Below are positions 24,323 through 37,190 of a stretch of DNA of 64,000 nt, in pieces. Origin of the DNA: Utricularia gibba (taxonomy: Eukaryota > Plantae > Magnoliophyta). Below the pieces are notes generated by a model. That model was not told the DNA's origin and did not search any database. It worked only from the letters and a program-made list of their open reading frames with translations. Numbering within the stretch: position 1 is the first letter of the stretch; the number at the start of each line of letters is the position of its first letter. A program made the position numbers and the translations under genes. The stretch spans positions 682,001-746,000 of the forward strand of contig NEEC01000021.1 of NCBI GenBank assembly GCA_002189035.1, written 5' to 3'.

Positions 24323-26625
24323 TCATGTATGGGAGTGGAACGATTGGACAGCATCGCAGAGATTTCGAAACCCCATGGCCGTCCCATCGGAGTGACTCCT
24401 CCATATGCTGATCGCCTCAAAGATGGCCATGGAGATCGTCGTCAGGCCGATGGCGATGCTCGTTGCTAGCAGCAGAATGGGTCCTCTTCCGAACTTGCGG
24501 GTGGCGCTTCTCATGAGGAGGAAGCCCGCCAGGGCGGAGAAGAAGGTGATGAGGGAATAGATCAGTGCTCTTGTGACGCCCTCCACGCCGAGGAAGAGAT
24601 ACTGGAAAGCCGACATGGAAGCCGAGAACAGTATCATTAGTGTCGTTGTTGGGGCGGTAACCTGCAAGATGGAGTTAGGTAGTGGTTGAGTCGAATCAAA
24701 TGACACCTTGATATGCATACTTGTTAAAGATTATTTGATAGTATAGTATAAAATATTTATACGTAAGTTTACATATAAATCTTTTGATTAATTAACATAT
24801 ATATATATATATATATATATCGGTATTATATAGTTATACTGGTTATATAATCATTTTTTGAATATATAGATGATATACACAAATAGAAAAGAACGGAAAA
24901 AATGAAATAACTAATTATTTCTATATCGATCATATATGTATACTTCTATTTCATATATCAAACGTTATATATAATTGATAACATATATCCATAATTACAC
25001 CATACTAATACTATATCATCAAATGACCTCTTATTAGAAAAGTAAAATTGAACTATTGTTATTAATTTAATGTCAAGAGATTCTAATAATATCTAGCAAA
25101 AACGCAAGTTTAAGAATCAATGCATGTTTGGTATGTTAGTTTTTGAAAACATATGAATTTTTCTAAACCCGCATAAATCCCATGTTTAGTGGTTTATATT
25201 TATCAAAACCTGCATGAAATTTTTATCTAAATTCATATAGTTTAAATTATATTATTTTTTTTACTAGGGCTTCCAACAGAACTTACTTCAGGTTTGATCC
25301 CAATATGCAGAAGCATTGGGTTCATGATCATGCCGACCCCTCCGACGCCCGAAAGCCCGACCATCACTCCGGCGAGCAATGCGGCTGCCGGAAAAACGAT
25401 CGCGTTGGGAGGCTTAATTTCAGCCGCTTCTCCCCGATCGTTCTTCCTCTCAAGCTCCGTTTCATCCCCCATGTCCTACCATCATCAGAAGAACTGATTC
25501 CACATTCTGAGCAAAGAGCAAGCTCCATGGCAGGATTTCAGAGCCTTACCTCGACAGAAGCAGCACGCTTACTCCTTGTGTACAGTATACAGGAAGTAAA
25601 GAAAACTGCTAGGGGAATCTGGGAGGCGAACATGACCCAATATAGAGCTCCACAAGCCTTTATGTAAAGAATGCCCTACAAAAGATTCAACCTTTTTAGG
25701 AGATGGAACTACGCAGGTAATTATCATCGTAATTACCATTAAAGACTAACAATTAACTTGGGAGTTAATGAAACAATAATATCTATCTATTTAATTCCCG
25801 ATATTTTTTCAAAGATTTCATTTTTCATGAATCAAAAGCTTAAATCCAGAAGAACTCTAAACCCCAAATCTTGAAATCCAAATTGCAAACCTTAAAATTT
25901 TGTCTTGTGGAAATTAAATTATAAAGTTAGTTTACTCTTCCGTATTTATTCCCACGAAGGAGATGCATGGCGAAGAAGGAAAACCAGATGGCCACCAGCA
26001 ACCCTAGCTTCTTCATCCATTGATTCGGAAGATTCCGGGTCGGGTTTTCAGATTCCTCAGCTCCTACCATTTTGGATTCGGATTCCTTCTTCCACATCTT
26101 GATTCCAGATGAGCATATTTTGAAGGTGTTAAAGGAGCTAAATCCTGTAAAAATGATCGCCACAAGCCATCTGGGGAACACCAAGTTCAGTATGACTCCG
26201 ATGCTCACTCCGAGCAGCAAGAACGGCGTCGTTATAAGCATGATATCGATATCCATCACCGGTTTCCGGGGACTCGCGATCAACCGGCAGGCGACGCCGC
26301 ATAGGGATGAACCGGTCATCATGAACGTGGAGTGGCTGATGGCTTCCTTGAGGTCTAGGCCGGCGATGAGGGTGAGGATCGGGACGAAGAGGCCCCCACC
26401 GCCGACTCCGGAAGCGCTTGCGATGACTCCGGCCGGAAAGGATAAGCCGGCGGCCATTAGAAACTTCATGTTGGAGTTTAGGGTGAGGTTTAGCAGCGGC
26501 GGAGGGGATTCATGAACTACTATTTTCAGTGACCTGTGGCTGGGAACAGGCTGCCGGAGTGCCGTACCGGAAGCTTGGGCCACGGCGGAGAAGATGAGGA
26601 GGAAGAGGAGTTTTTGGAAATGCAT
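24323..26625 (-). CDS. Sulfite exporter TauE/SafE family membrane protein, 447 aa. Exons 26625-25936, 25675-25550, 25475-25287, 24661-24323.
   Basis: Signal-peptide-like N-terminus, ASGVGGGGLFVPIL, EPFLLLGVSIGV-like segment (TPFLLLGVSIGVILNLVFPRWL), second Gly-rich motif (GLSGVGGVGMIMNPMLLHIGIKPEVTAPT), FSASMSAFQYL. GT-AG introns are all in phase 0. Confidence 0.9.
24797..24820. repeat. (AT)12 microsatellite in TauE intron 3
   Basis: Directly visible in the sequence. Confidence 0.9.
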
Positions 26626-29154
26626 GCTTTTCTTGTCTTTGATTACACAGTTGATTGCAGCCGTGCATGGGGTCCTGTATAAATAAATAAATATACGGCG
26701 GTCTGATTAAAATATTAAATAATTAATATTTGTATATATATAATATAAGAAATCGTATTAATATTAGTATTTCCGTACACTATTAATCTATACATTTAAT
26801 ATCAAATAAAGTCATATTCCAAAAATACAATTTGCAAAACTCATTAGAAGTCTATAGTTCTATTTGGTATAATATTTCGAAAAATATGAACCGATTTTAA
26901 AAAATAAACTTTCATATTTCAAATTTTATTAAAAATAAAAAAAATTCTAAATTATAGTTCTATTTGGTATTCTTGACCTAAAAAATACCGGAATTTAAAA
27001 TAACGTTATAAAACAAGTAACTTTCGACAAATATAGTATTCGCTCCACACCAAATTACATAAGTCACATATTATGCATCCCTCTCATTTACATTTTACTC
27101 TAGCAACATGACTATCCATGTTTTATGTTTATAGTATGATTGATCATATGATGACCTTTTAGTTCTTTCATGTGTGACATATTGATCATTCATTTTACTA
27201 TTTAATCTTTTAGATTATACTCACATTTTGTAAATTACAATAGTCATCATAAAAACTGATACTTCCAAGGAACTTATATTTTAAGATCAATTTACACTCT
27301 TTTCAAATTTTATATTTATGTGATTAGAAAACAATTAAAGACACAATAATTTAGTTATAACAACAGAAATAAACTCCATTGTTGGAAGCAAACACTTTGA
27401 GAATGACAACTGAATGTAAATATGAAAGATAAACTTTCCCAAATGTGAGGTCATGTAAGATATAATTTCCCTTTCCAAAGACCTACCTCCTCCATTTATA
27501 GACATTTGTGTATATGATTTGTATATTGTTTATTCAATACATTAGATGTCAACTATGGGACAAATATCTCAAGTTGGAGGTTTTCTTATCTTGCTTATGC
27601 TACTAATATTTCGAAAATTTGCAAAACTCAAGCCCATAGGTTATAAAAGAGGATTAGGGAGAAGAAGTTGAACTTGGAGGGTGTATAAATAGCTTGGGTA
27701 CTATTAAATATAAACGAGCAACGAAACATAGAAGTAGGAGTTTCAAAATATAAGTGATAGTAATTTTAAAACAATATCAAATTATTATTAAATCAAAAAA
27801 GTAGTATAATGGAAGAAGATAAATATATGAAGCATAATCCTTAAAAAAGTTATTATAAGAAATTAATTTGGAATCGAAGAATGATTAGCAATGCTTGAAA
27901 TTAACAAACCCTTTAAAACAAATCAATTTTATGAGAAATATTTATCAAAAAAGTGTTTCTCGACAAGTAAAACCATAGAATGCCTCGTTTTGGTCATCGT
28001 TTATTGGGAAAAACGTAGTCAAAGTGATGCTACTGTGTGTTTTTTTAATTTAGATTGAGTGTTTCCTAAATAATGTTTTTGAATCGCTAAACAGAGAGAG
28101 AAAGAGAGAGGAGAAGATTAATTAGGCATCTGGTGCAAGTAATTTGCGCAATTAATGGGTGATTAATTGTGTGTGCCACCAACTTCAATCCATCGTACTG
28201 TCATATGAATCAATTTTCCCGGCCTTGGACGCCTATAGCTTTGCTTGAGCCACCGCCAACATCGGACCCCAACATTAGCCACCTGCATCTAGTATATTAT
28301 AACAAATAATCTCATGTCGAAAAATTAAAGTAAGTTGTTATAACATATAAGAAATTATGTATCACTAGTAATTAATTAAATTTAATTTTTTATGTACTTA
28401 AACTTTACATATACTTCAATCTAACTCATGTTATGTATAAATTTTGCTAATTCATGATCCAGAATCATACAAAGACAATCGGGATTGGTTGTACGAAATC
28501 ACTTTTTTTGATGTATTAATTTGACCTTTTTCTTTGTTTTCCACTAGAAAAATCACTTGATGTTACAAAAATTTACATAAAAAGCAATCTAAAATCATCA
28601 AACCCCCTAACATAGTAGTTGATTCCTAAAAAATAATGTTGGAATAACAAATTCTATTTGGTTGGTATTGATTCCCACTCATGAAAACAATTAGTATTTA
28701 GTAAAATAATCAAATTCTTTTTAATTATCTACATGATTATTATTTTTTTTGCTTTAGGTTGTGTGAAAGGTATTTTCTTTAAGATATGGATGTGTTTTAT
28801 GATCTCTATTTATGAATTTAATTGTTAAATTCATGCAAATAAAATTTGAACTCTTTTCAAATGAACAATGATTTGTTATAGCTTTGTAAGACATGCTTAG
28901 ACAAATCCCTACTCAAAATTTGGACAAATCAAAACCACACACCACCCTGAAGCAGCATGTTTGATTCGACCCAAACACATGCATCTTAGTCTAGTTTGTC
29001 TAGTTATGTACATGTTGCTTAGCTGTGTAAGAAAGTAAAATAAAGCAGGTGAACCATGCACATTCATGGGAGAAGGAGATCAAATTACAGGGAAACATTG
29101 CTGAACAAAGCCCAAATTACAGGGTCAGGGATGTTGTGTTGTGGGCATTACAGT

Positions 29155-30364
29155 TCACACATTGCTTTGCTTGTAGAACTTGGTATCAAGCACTTGCTTC
29201 CCGCACATTGCACAAACTCCTGAAAATGAAAGAATTACATTATGAGTTCTGAATGTGTTGTTGTTCTTTTTCTTCTTCAAGTAAGAGTAGTCATGAGGGA
29301 GAAGATGAGTCACCTTTACTGTAGGCGCATGTGTGGCAGTATTTACCGTCCTGATGCACTTGCTGCTTACAAATCATGCACTTGGTTTGTCCGTATGGCT
29401 TCCATCTGCACATAAAACCGGATCAAGGGAAGTTCTAAAGGGAAAAGCTTAAGCATTGCACGTTACAAGAGCAAACTGCATAACTATCTTGCAGAGGAGA
29501 TGGAATAAGGAAATTAGTTTTTTGTTAGGGGCATGAAGCTTGAAAGCAAACTAAAGGGAAAACCCACAAGAGTCTACTTAGTGTGCAAATTCTCCATGTT
29601 GCAAGCAAGAGGAACAAGAAATGAACCATCATGGTGAAAACAGGTTAGGGCAATCCTTTATCATCCATACATCAAATGAGCATCAACCACGCCACACGCA
29701 TACACAAACTCTCCTTATTGCCAAGCCACATTAGAACACCAATGCTTATAGGATGGGAGTGTGATCTACTTGGGGTTGCAAAACCTCGGTCATCAAAGAA
29801 AAAAACAAAGACACCAAGTTCAAATTCTCCTTATTTCAGCACAAGCCAACTTCCAGGTTCCTTTCAGTCCAAGTGGGGTAAAAATTTCCAACGCAGCAAA
29901 TCAAAACAATAGAATGAAACCAATTGAAAAATTCAGGAATCCACTCCGAAACGACCACACCGACACAACCTTAGTAAGCATCAGACCCAAGTTTAGTTCG
30001 ATGATCACAACAATTCCTTACCGCAGATTAGTGCAATCGGGAAAAAACAATAAATAACCAAAATTGCAACAAAACCCTAGAAACAGAGACTCGACATCAT
30101 TATTGGGTTACGAGGTTAAAAGACAACTTACCTGTTTTTCTTGGAGAGGAGTTTGTTCTCGTTGATCTTCCGGCCGCCTCCTTCAGTGGTGTTGCTGGCC
30201 CCTTCTTTCCACTTATCCGGCACGATCACCTTCGAAAGCTTCTTCTCGCCTAAAACAGATGAACTCTCATCAGTACACCCGATATCCCAAATATGCAAAA
30301 CCCCAACCAAACACAGGAAAATCAACCGTCGCCGGAGAAGAATCTTACACTTTTCACAAACCAT
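29155..30364 (-). CDS. CRIPT: Cysteine-rich PDZ-binding protein (CRIPT), 96 aa. Exons 30364-30349, 30249-30132, 29405-29314, 29219-29155.
   Basis: The spliced product is MVCEKCEKKLSKVIVPDKWKEGASNTTEGGGRKINENKLLSKKNRWKPYGQTKCMICKQQVHQDGKYCHTCAYSKGVCAMCGKQVLDTKFYKQSNV*. All introns are GT-AG. Confidence 0.96.
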
Positions 30365-30454
30365 CGTTCGTCGGAGAACTCGAAGAAACTCTCCAAATTT
30401 ATAACCAACGGAGTTCCATGTTCAATGGAGCAGAAGTAATTGTAGTTCACACAA

Positions 30455-30517
30455 AGCCCATATTTACATGGGCCTCCATAGGCCTTTTCTTTGTGGCCCA
30501 ATATTCGCCCAGGCCCA
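30455..30517. promoter_or_regulatory. Cluster of site II elements (TGGGCY/RGCCCA, TCP-binding) in the CRIPT proximal promoter
   Basis: AGCCCA at 30455, TGGGCC at 30469, GGCCCA at 30495 and 30512, all 90-150 bp upstream of the ATG. This is the typical housekeeping-promoter arrangement. Confidence 0.6.
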
Positions 30518-31114
30518 AGATGAGCAATAGGGAAACATGTAAAATCAGATGAAAAGGCTACAACAATAGTCATTTAATTTCTTGGCATCTTGAACCTATG
30601 TTATCAAATGACACGCCTAACGAATTAAATTGTAGGTGAGTCGATAAATGATATAAAATCTATAAGATGTCAATGTCGCATTAAAAAAACATTTATCGCA
30701 TCAGTACTATGAAATGGTGTAATTTTGATTCTCCATAAATATTACTGTTTTAAATGAAAAAAAAATCGTGAATCGCTTACATGAATGACTCATGATTTAG
30801 ATGTCTCGATCGTAATGCTCCTTTTCTAAAAAAAAAAAAAGAATATATATTTTTTGATGTTTTTCCAAACACATTAATTTAAAATATTTCACTAAAATAA
30901 TCCAAACCCATTAATTTGATCATTTTACATAAATAATTTTATGAAATTTTTAGATTTTTAATCATTTTAAATTGAAGTCATCTCAAAAACTAGATATAAA
31001 CATGGACTATTTTGTTTACATAATTTACTGAAATAATTCTGTTTAATTTTTAAAGATTTTAATCTTTAATTGTTTTGTATTAAAATCAAAATTAATGTTA
31101 TATGTTTAACTTCA

Positions 31115-32050
31115 TTATTGATTAAATAAAATTTAATTAAAAAATACATTTATATCATAACATTAAATTATATAATAATTTAATATATTAAATTTTTAAA
31201 AATATATTTTATTACATTTTATAATATAATTTTATACTATCTTATAAAACGGTTTTACAATATCAAAATTAATTATATTTACAAAAATTCAAAGATAATT
31301 CTATTTTACATAATTTTAAACACACTTTCAAATTACATAACACATCAAATCCATAGTAAACTATATCTAAAATATAATTGAATCGTGATTGAAATAAATA
31401 TTATTTATTTGAAAGAAAAAAATAGAAAATATCTGAATTCTTCTGTTCACATTCGCTCGTTCAGAGTCTTCTGACATGTTGACTACAAGAAGCGGCAATT
31501 AAAAAAACAATGTATATTTATAAACAATTCACGTGGGCCCAGGACTTGCTGTTTCCATTTTATCCACCCCAATTTATTGCATTAAAAAATCACTCTGCAA
31601 AATGACTATAAATAAAGGCCTCTGATTTTCAAAATTAAATTTGATTTTTAAAATATGAGCCACTTTTGATTTAAAAATAGTAAAAATTTAAAAGCGAATA
31701 TTTTTATTAATAAATAAAGATAACCAATTTCTATTTTATTATAATACATTATTCAAAATTATTTTTGACAATTACTTATTTCATTTTAAATTGGATGAAA
31801 ATAGAATAAAGGATATGTTAGTCTATGTTTTGTTTTACTTGGAAACACTGGTTGCAAAAAATTATAAATTGGAGTTTTTCAATCTCTTAAAAACAATAAT
31901 TAAGTTAGTTAAGTTTGGAAATTATTAAATTTCTTAAATCTTTATTTTATTGATTAAATAAGAAATTAATTGAAAAAATTATGGTATTCATTTTTTATCT
32001 AATTTAAAAATACATTCACATCATAACATTAAATTATACAGTCATTTAAT
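31115..32050. repeat. Diverged local direct repeat (about 31115-31185 and 31950-32050)
   Basis: 'aaaaatacatttatatcataacattaaattatata' versus 'aaaaatacattcacatcataacattaaattataca', both preceded by 'attgattaaataa'. Confidence 0.55.
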
Positions 32051-32394
32051 ACACTAAACTTTACAATATATAACTTACTTTATTGATTTTTATTACTTTA
32101 CACTGAAAACTAAGGAAATTCTGTTTGCATATTAGTAAGAACTACAATCTTAGCCACTCATTTTATTTACTTATGTGTTGCTTTATTCTAGATTAGTAAT
32201 AAGGTTTACTGTTTGTTATAAAAAGTGAGAATTCACACACACTGTTTTCAGCCATCTAGTTTGAAAGTTAATAAAAGAATTTTATTTACTTCGTTAAAGA
32301 ATATCAATTGCTTATAAAACCCTATGTTTAATCTAAAAATTGATTGTTTTTTATAGATCAATTTGAACTTGTTGCCACTATATATGGACAGTTG

Positions 32395-32569
32395 TGTTGA
32401 AATTCAGGATTCGATGAGTCAGGCGAGGTCACACGTGAAACCCAAGTACACAATAAACGTGTATCACAATAGAAAAGATTAGTCTAAATCAATTATTAGT
32501 AATATGTAGTTTCTAATATAATATATTATTTCAATGTCATTTTCCGATGTGGAATTGTGTATTCTAACA
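32395..32569. mobile_element. Short solo LTR (175 bp; TRIM/small copia-like)
   Basis: Starts TGTTGAA and ends TCTAACA (TGTT...AACA). Flanked on both sides by the identical 5-mer AGTTG (32390-32394 and 32570-32574). Contains CCGATGTGGAAT, a motif resembling plant LTR/USE TCCCACATCG on the minus strand, and a TATA-like tract. Confidence 0.8.
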
Positions 32570-33899
32570 AGTTGTATATTTTGAATATGTGATTTAGATT
32601 TGAGATGTGGAATTGTGTATTCTAACAAGTGAAACTAGAGTTGAGTGAAACGGTTTAGTTGAACCAGAAAAGGTGTGAGTGAAGGCATTGAAGTATGAGA
32701 CGTGCAAGTGGAGGCGACGGGGGAGACGTACGGCGGCCGCAATTCAGAGCGTTGCTTCCGCAAGGTGGTGGTCGGGGCGGGGCTCTCATTTACTCTTCGG
32801 ACGGCATGCAATCACTGCAACGCCCTTCATCATTATCTGTTATATTGTTTCTCTGTGTCGTAGTTCAGTGGAGTAGCAGACGAGATGTCCCATTCCGATG
32901 CACAAGGGTAGATTAATACTAGTTGTGGTCGGAGACTTGAATAACAACGATATAAGGTTAGTCATGTCTGATAAGACTTGAATAATTCTCCCCTTCCCGG
33001 TAACTCCACACGGCCCTTCTACCTCTCCTTGAAAATTCAATATAATCTTCATATTTGTTTCAATTGTTGAAATTAAGTATCCTATGAAACAACCATATGT
33101 GTAGTTCAAATATAAAAAATTAAATTTTATCAATTATTAATAATTTACAATAACTTATATACTTGATTATTTCGTTTTCATTTATGTATATATGATTGTT
33201 TTTGTTAAAACTTGTTTGTTGTTTTTTTTATGTGTAATTGCAAACAATGCTTGGATCATAAGTCAATTTAATGTTTTGTTGATTAAACCAATTGCATTTC
33301 TTTGTTTTTTTAACTGTAACTTAGATCAATACAAAACTTAGAGCATGGGAGACATGAGTTTACTTAGAAAAGTAGACACTACCAATTTCTATCTCACTCA
33401 CTAGGACAAAATATTTACAAATAGTAAGTTCATTTTTTTCACACTCTCTCTGAACCATAACCAATTTTCTAATTCATTTGGGAGACATGTCATTAAGGTG
33501 TGGGATTCTTAGAACTAGCAGCATGCCCAAATCCATCATCCCTCATGCTAGGACTTGGCCCAAGTGTACATTGATATCACTTTGGTGAAAAGAATGCAAA
33601 ACTGTACATTTACTAGTTGTCTCCTTTTTTTGAGGCTATTTCAACTCTTTTCAACTGCAGTAATGTGTTTTTCACCTGTTTTTTTTATTTTATTTTTTTA
33701 CAGACATCCCTATGGGAAAAACTAAGGGCTATAAAACCAGAGCTCCAATGGCTGAGCATTCAATGAAGGCAGTTGCTAAGACATAAAGATGTCACCCACC
33801 TCCAAGCTTCTCCTGCTCAGTTATAAAATCCCACGCCATTAAACTTTTCAAGGGACAAGCTTTTAACCCTACACTTGGGCTCTGCGCCACTCCGACTTG

Positions 33900-35508
33900 A
33901 TGGATTTGTTCAGCGCCGCGTTGCTTCTACTCGCCGCCCTGGTGTCCTCTTTCTGCTGGCGGGGATGCTTCTCTCGGAGAAGCGCGTCTCCCAAGAACCT
34001 CCCGCCGGGGCCGCCCGGGTGGCCGCTCGTCGGGAACTTGTTCCAGGTCATCCTCCAGCGCCGCCATTTTGTGTTCTTTGCTCGTGAGTTGCGGGAAAAG
34101 TACGGCCCCATGTTTACGTTGAAGATGGGGCAGAGGACTCTAGTCGTCGTGGCGAGCCCTGAGCTTATGCACGAAGCGCTGGTTCAAAAGGGGGCGATTT
34201 TCGCTAGCCGGCCGGCGGAGTCGCCGATTAGGCTGATTTTTAGTTCCGGGAAGTGTACGATTAACTCGGCGGAGTATGGGGCTCTGTGGCGGTCGTTGAG
34301 GAGGAATTTTGTGACGGAGCTGATAAATCCGACGAGGATTAAGCAGTGTAGTTGGATTAGACAATGGGCGGTTGAGAATCACATGAAGCGTATAGAGAAG
34401 GAGGGCGCCGCCGTGGGATACGTCGACGTCATGAACAACTGCCGTCTCACGATTTGCAGTATTCTGATTTGCCTCTGTTTTGGAGTCAAAATCTCTGAAG
34501 AAAAAATCACAGAAATCGAATCCGTCCTCAAGGACGTTGTTCTAATGACAATGCCCAAGTTACCGGACTTTTTGCCAGTTCTGACGCCGCTGTTCCGCAC
34601 GCAAGTTAAAGCGGCGAAGGAGCTACGGCGGAGGCAGTTACAGTGTCTTATTCCTCTGATTCAGAGTAGGAAAGTGTTCGTGGACGGTGGGGAGACCACG
34701 GCTGAGATGGCAAGCCCCCTCGGCGCCGCCTATATCGATTCGCTCTTCAAGTTAGAGGTTCCCGGCAGGGGTAAACTAGGCGACGAGGAAATCGTGAGTC
34801 TCTGCTCTGAAGCCATCAACGGTGGCACGGACACCAGTGCCGCGACGTTGGAATGGGCGTTGTTTCATTTGGTAGTGAATCAAGACGCGCAGGAGAAGCT
34901 GTACAAGGAAATCGTGGAGGTCGTCGGCAAAAATGGCGTTATCACCGAAACTGACGTTCAGAGAATGCCGTATCTTGAAGCTGTCGTCAAAGAAACCTTC
35001 AGAAAACACCCACCAATCTACTTTCTCCTCTCCCACGCCGGTAAAATCTCGATTTCCATTGTCAAACCCATCATGTCCGGTTACGAATCCCATAAAACAT
35101 TTCATTTTTGCAGCAACAAAGGAGATCGAACTGGGAGGCTACACAATCCCCGCTGACGTAAACGTGGAGTTCTACACCGGAGGCATTTCAGAGGACGGCG
35201 ACAAATGGGAAAACCCAAAAGCGTTCATCCCAGAGAGGTTCTTAACCGGCGACGGCGTGGAGGTGGACATCACCGGCATGAGAGAAGTGAAGATGTTGCC
35301 GTTCGGCGCCGGGCGCAGAATCTGCCCCGCCTGGACTCTGGGAGTACTCCACGTGAATCTCCTCCTTGCCAGAATGATCCAGGCGTTCAAATGGCTGCCC
35401 TCGCCCCTGAACCCCCCCAGCGCCGACGAGACCTTCGCCGGCACGGTCGTCATGGCGAGCCCCCTGAAGGCCATAATTCTCCCTCGGTCCCTGGGTTTGA
35501 ATCCGTAG
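33900..35508 (+). CDS. CYP77B1: Cytochrome P450 CYP77B-like (fatty-acid epoxygenase family), 511 aa. Exons 33900-35040 and 35114-35508.
   Basis: Motifs PPGPPGWPLVGNLFQVILQRRHF, CRLTICSILICLCFG, GGTDTS, ETFR (ExxR), PERF, and heme motif PFGAGRRICPA. A single 73-nt GT-AG intron joins the two ORF-track frames. The ORF-track start at 33897 is TTG. Confidence 0.92.
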
Positions 35509-35841
35509 TAGAACACTGGAATATCATAAATATTTATTTTATAATATCGTATCCTGGAGTGCAATAAATTCTCTGCCGTATCTGAAACGAACACGTGACA
35601 GGATTCCTCTGACAACTAATAATCTCCATACTTCCCTCGTCCTCCCCCAATCCTACACTAAACCCTAATTTATTATAATCCCAATAATTTGATGTAACAA
35701 CCCAACTCTTATTTTAGCATATTATTGGTTTTTAACTTTCAAATTCTATTATTTTAATTTATCCACTTTCGGGGAAAGTGATCGTGTAACCATGTGAGAT
35801 TCACATAAACTAATTCACACTTTCCTTTGTTTTGATACTTA

Positions 35842-36067
35842 GATTGTGTTTGGTAGTTGATATAAGCAATTATAAGCATACATATACTTGATATTGGGAT
35901 ACATAATGTGTGTTTGGTAATTGATATAATTTTTTTTCCAATACATTTATTTACCTTATTATAATCATACATTTATCTCATATAGCACAACTACTTAAAT
36001 TTATTCTAGTTTCATAGATAAATTTACATTATGATAATATATACTAGTATAGCTACCAAACACGTTC
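35842..36067. mobile_element. Tourist-like (PIF/Harbinger) MITE, 226 bp
   Basis: TIRs GATTGTGTTTGGTAG and CTACCAAACACGTTC. TTA lies immediately outside both ends (35839-35841 and 36068-36070). Confidence 0.72.
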
Positions 36068-36845
36068 TTAATGTCATCTAGGAAATGTATTGTTATTGTT
36101 TAGGTTTGTCTCATAACTGATTATTGTCTTGATTGTAACTATGATATTAAGTGTAACAACTCATCTTTTATTTACATGATATTATTCATTTTGAATATTC
36201 AAATCTTATAATTTTATATTTTTCATTTTTAATTAAAATACATCATATAAAATTAGATATGATTCATCTATATAAACTATCGTTCTATTCCATTCCTAAT
36301 CGATAATAGATTCGTCTAATGAAAAAAAATATATAAACTTTTACTCTTTTTTAGAAAATCATAACTAACTTATCATTAATCATTTTCAACTAAGATATTT
36401 TTTTAGGAGTATAAAGCATTTTTAAAAATAAAATATGTGTATTGAGTAGTACCACCATTACGTTGTCCTCATGATTCCCACGCCAGTGCCAAAACTGACT
36501 ATATTTTTATATAGTGTGTTGGTAATATTTATTATGGTGGATGATTGGTCCATTTATACCACTTTGGGTAATCAAAGTTGAGGGTGGCAGACGAATTGGG
36601 AGTACCACAAAGGGTATGGTTTCTTTAAGGATGGAATGGGTCCGGCAGCAGGATGATAATCACGATGCAATTGCTACCCAGTTTTGTAGTAGAGTTTCCA
36701 AAGACAAAATGTTACATAAGGTATGACAATGGGAAAATTCGGATATACGTAAATCTCAAATACACGAAACAAGATATTTATTATCTCAGATTGTGGAACC
36801 GAGAATAAGAGGATGATGTGAAGATAAATCTTAAGGTATATTTGG

Positions 36846-37190
36846 AAAAATTACTCTTTTGTAAATAGTTTGTTATCAAATATCTAAAATTATATATTTA
36901 ATATCTCATGTTGCTAAAAATTACGAGACGTGAATACAATATAATTTTAATAATAGATTTTGATTTATCGAATTCCATATGTGAATGTGAATAGCCCTAA
37001 CATGAAATTTTGTTATGTGTTAAACTAAAGCTGATTATAACACCGTAAATTGATTCAATTTTTAAAAATTTTGGAAAATATTACATAGTTTTGATAACTT
37101 GATATGTTTTTTGTAATTTTAAAATTTGAGAATTAAAGTTTTTTATACTAATTGAAACTTAATTCATGTTTTTTTTTGTAATTTTCTAAT
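36846..37190. mobile_element. MULE-like long-TIR element, same family as 7621-8072 and 47214-47722
   Basis: Shares 'gatttat(c/t)gaatt(c/t)catatgtgaatgtgaa' and both arms with 47214-47722. Confidence 0.5.

Noticed and set aside
26652-26666. Partial miR171 complementarity in the TauE 5' UTR
   Set aside because: It needs a bulge and the 3' third of the miRNA is unpaired, which is below plant target criteria.
27378-27541. Possible second solo LTR (TGTTGG...TCAATACA)
   Set aside because: The flanks do not form a TSD, so the boundaries cannot be supported.
32480-32557. USE+TATA arrangement as a snRNA, 7SL or telomerase RNA gene
   Set aside because: No U1/U2/U3/U4/U5/U6, 7SL or telomerase-template sequence follows it. 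The motif is explained by the solo LTR.
35657-35668. CTAAACCCTAA as a telomerase RNA template or interstitial telomere
   Set aside because: It is a single telo-box-length match with no array or TR context.
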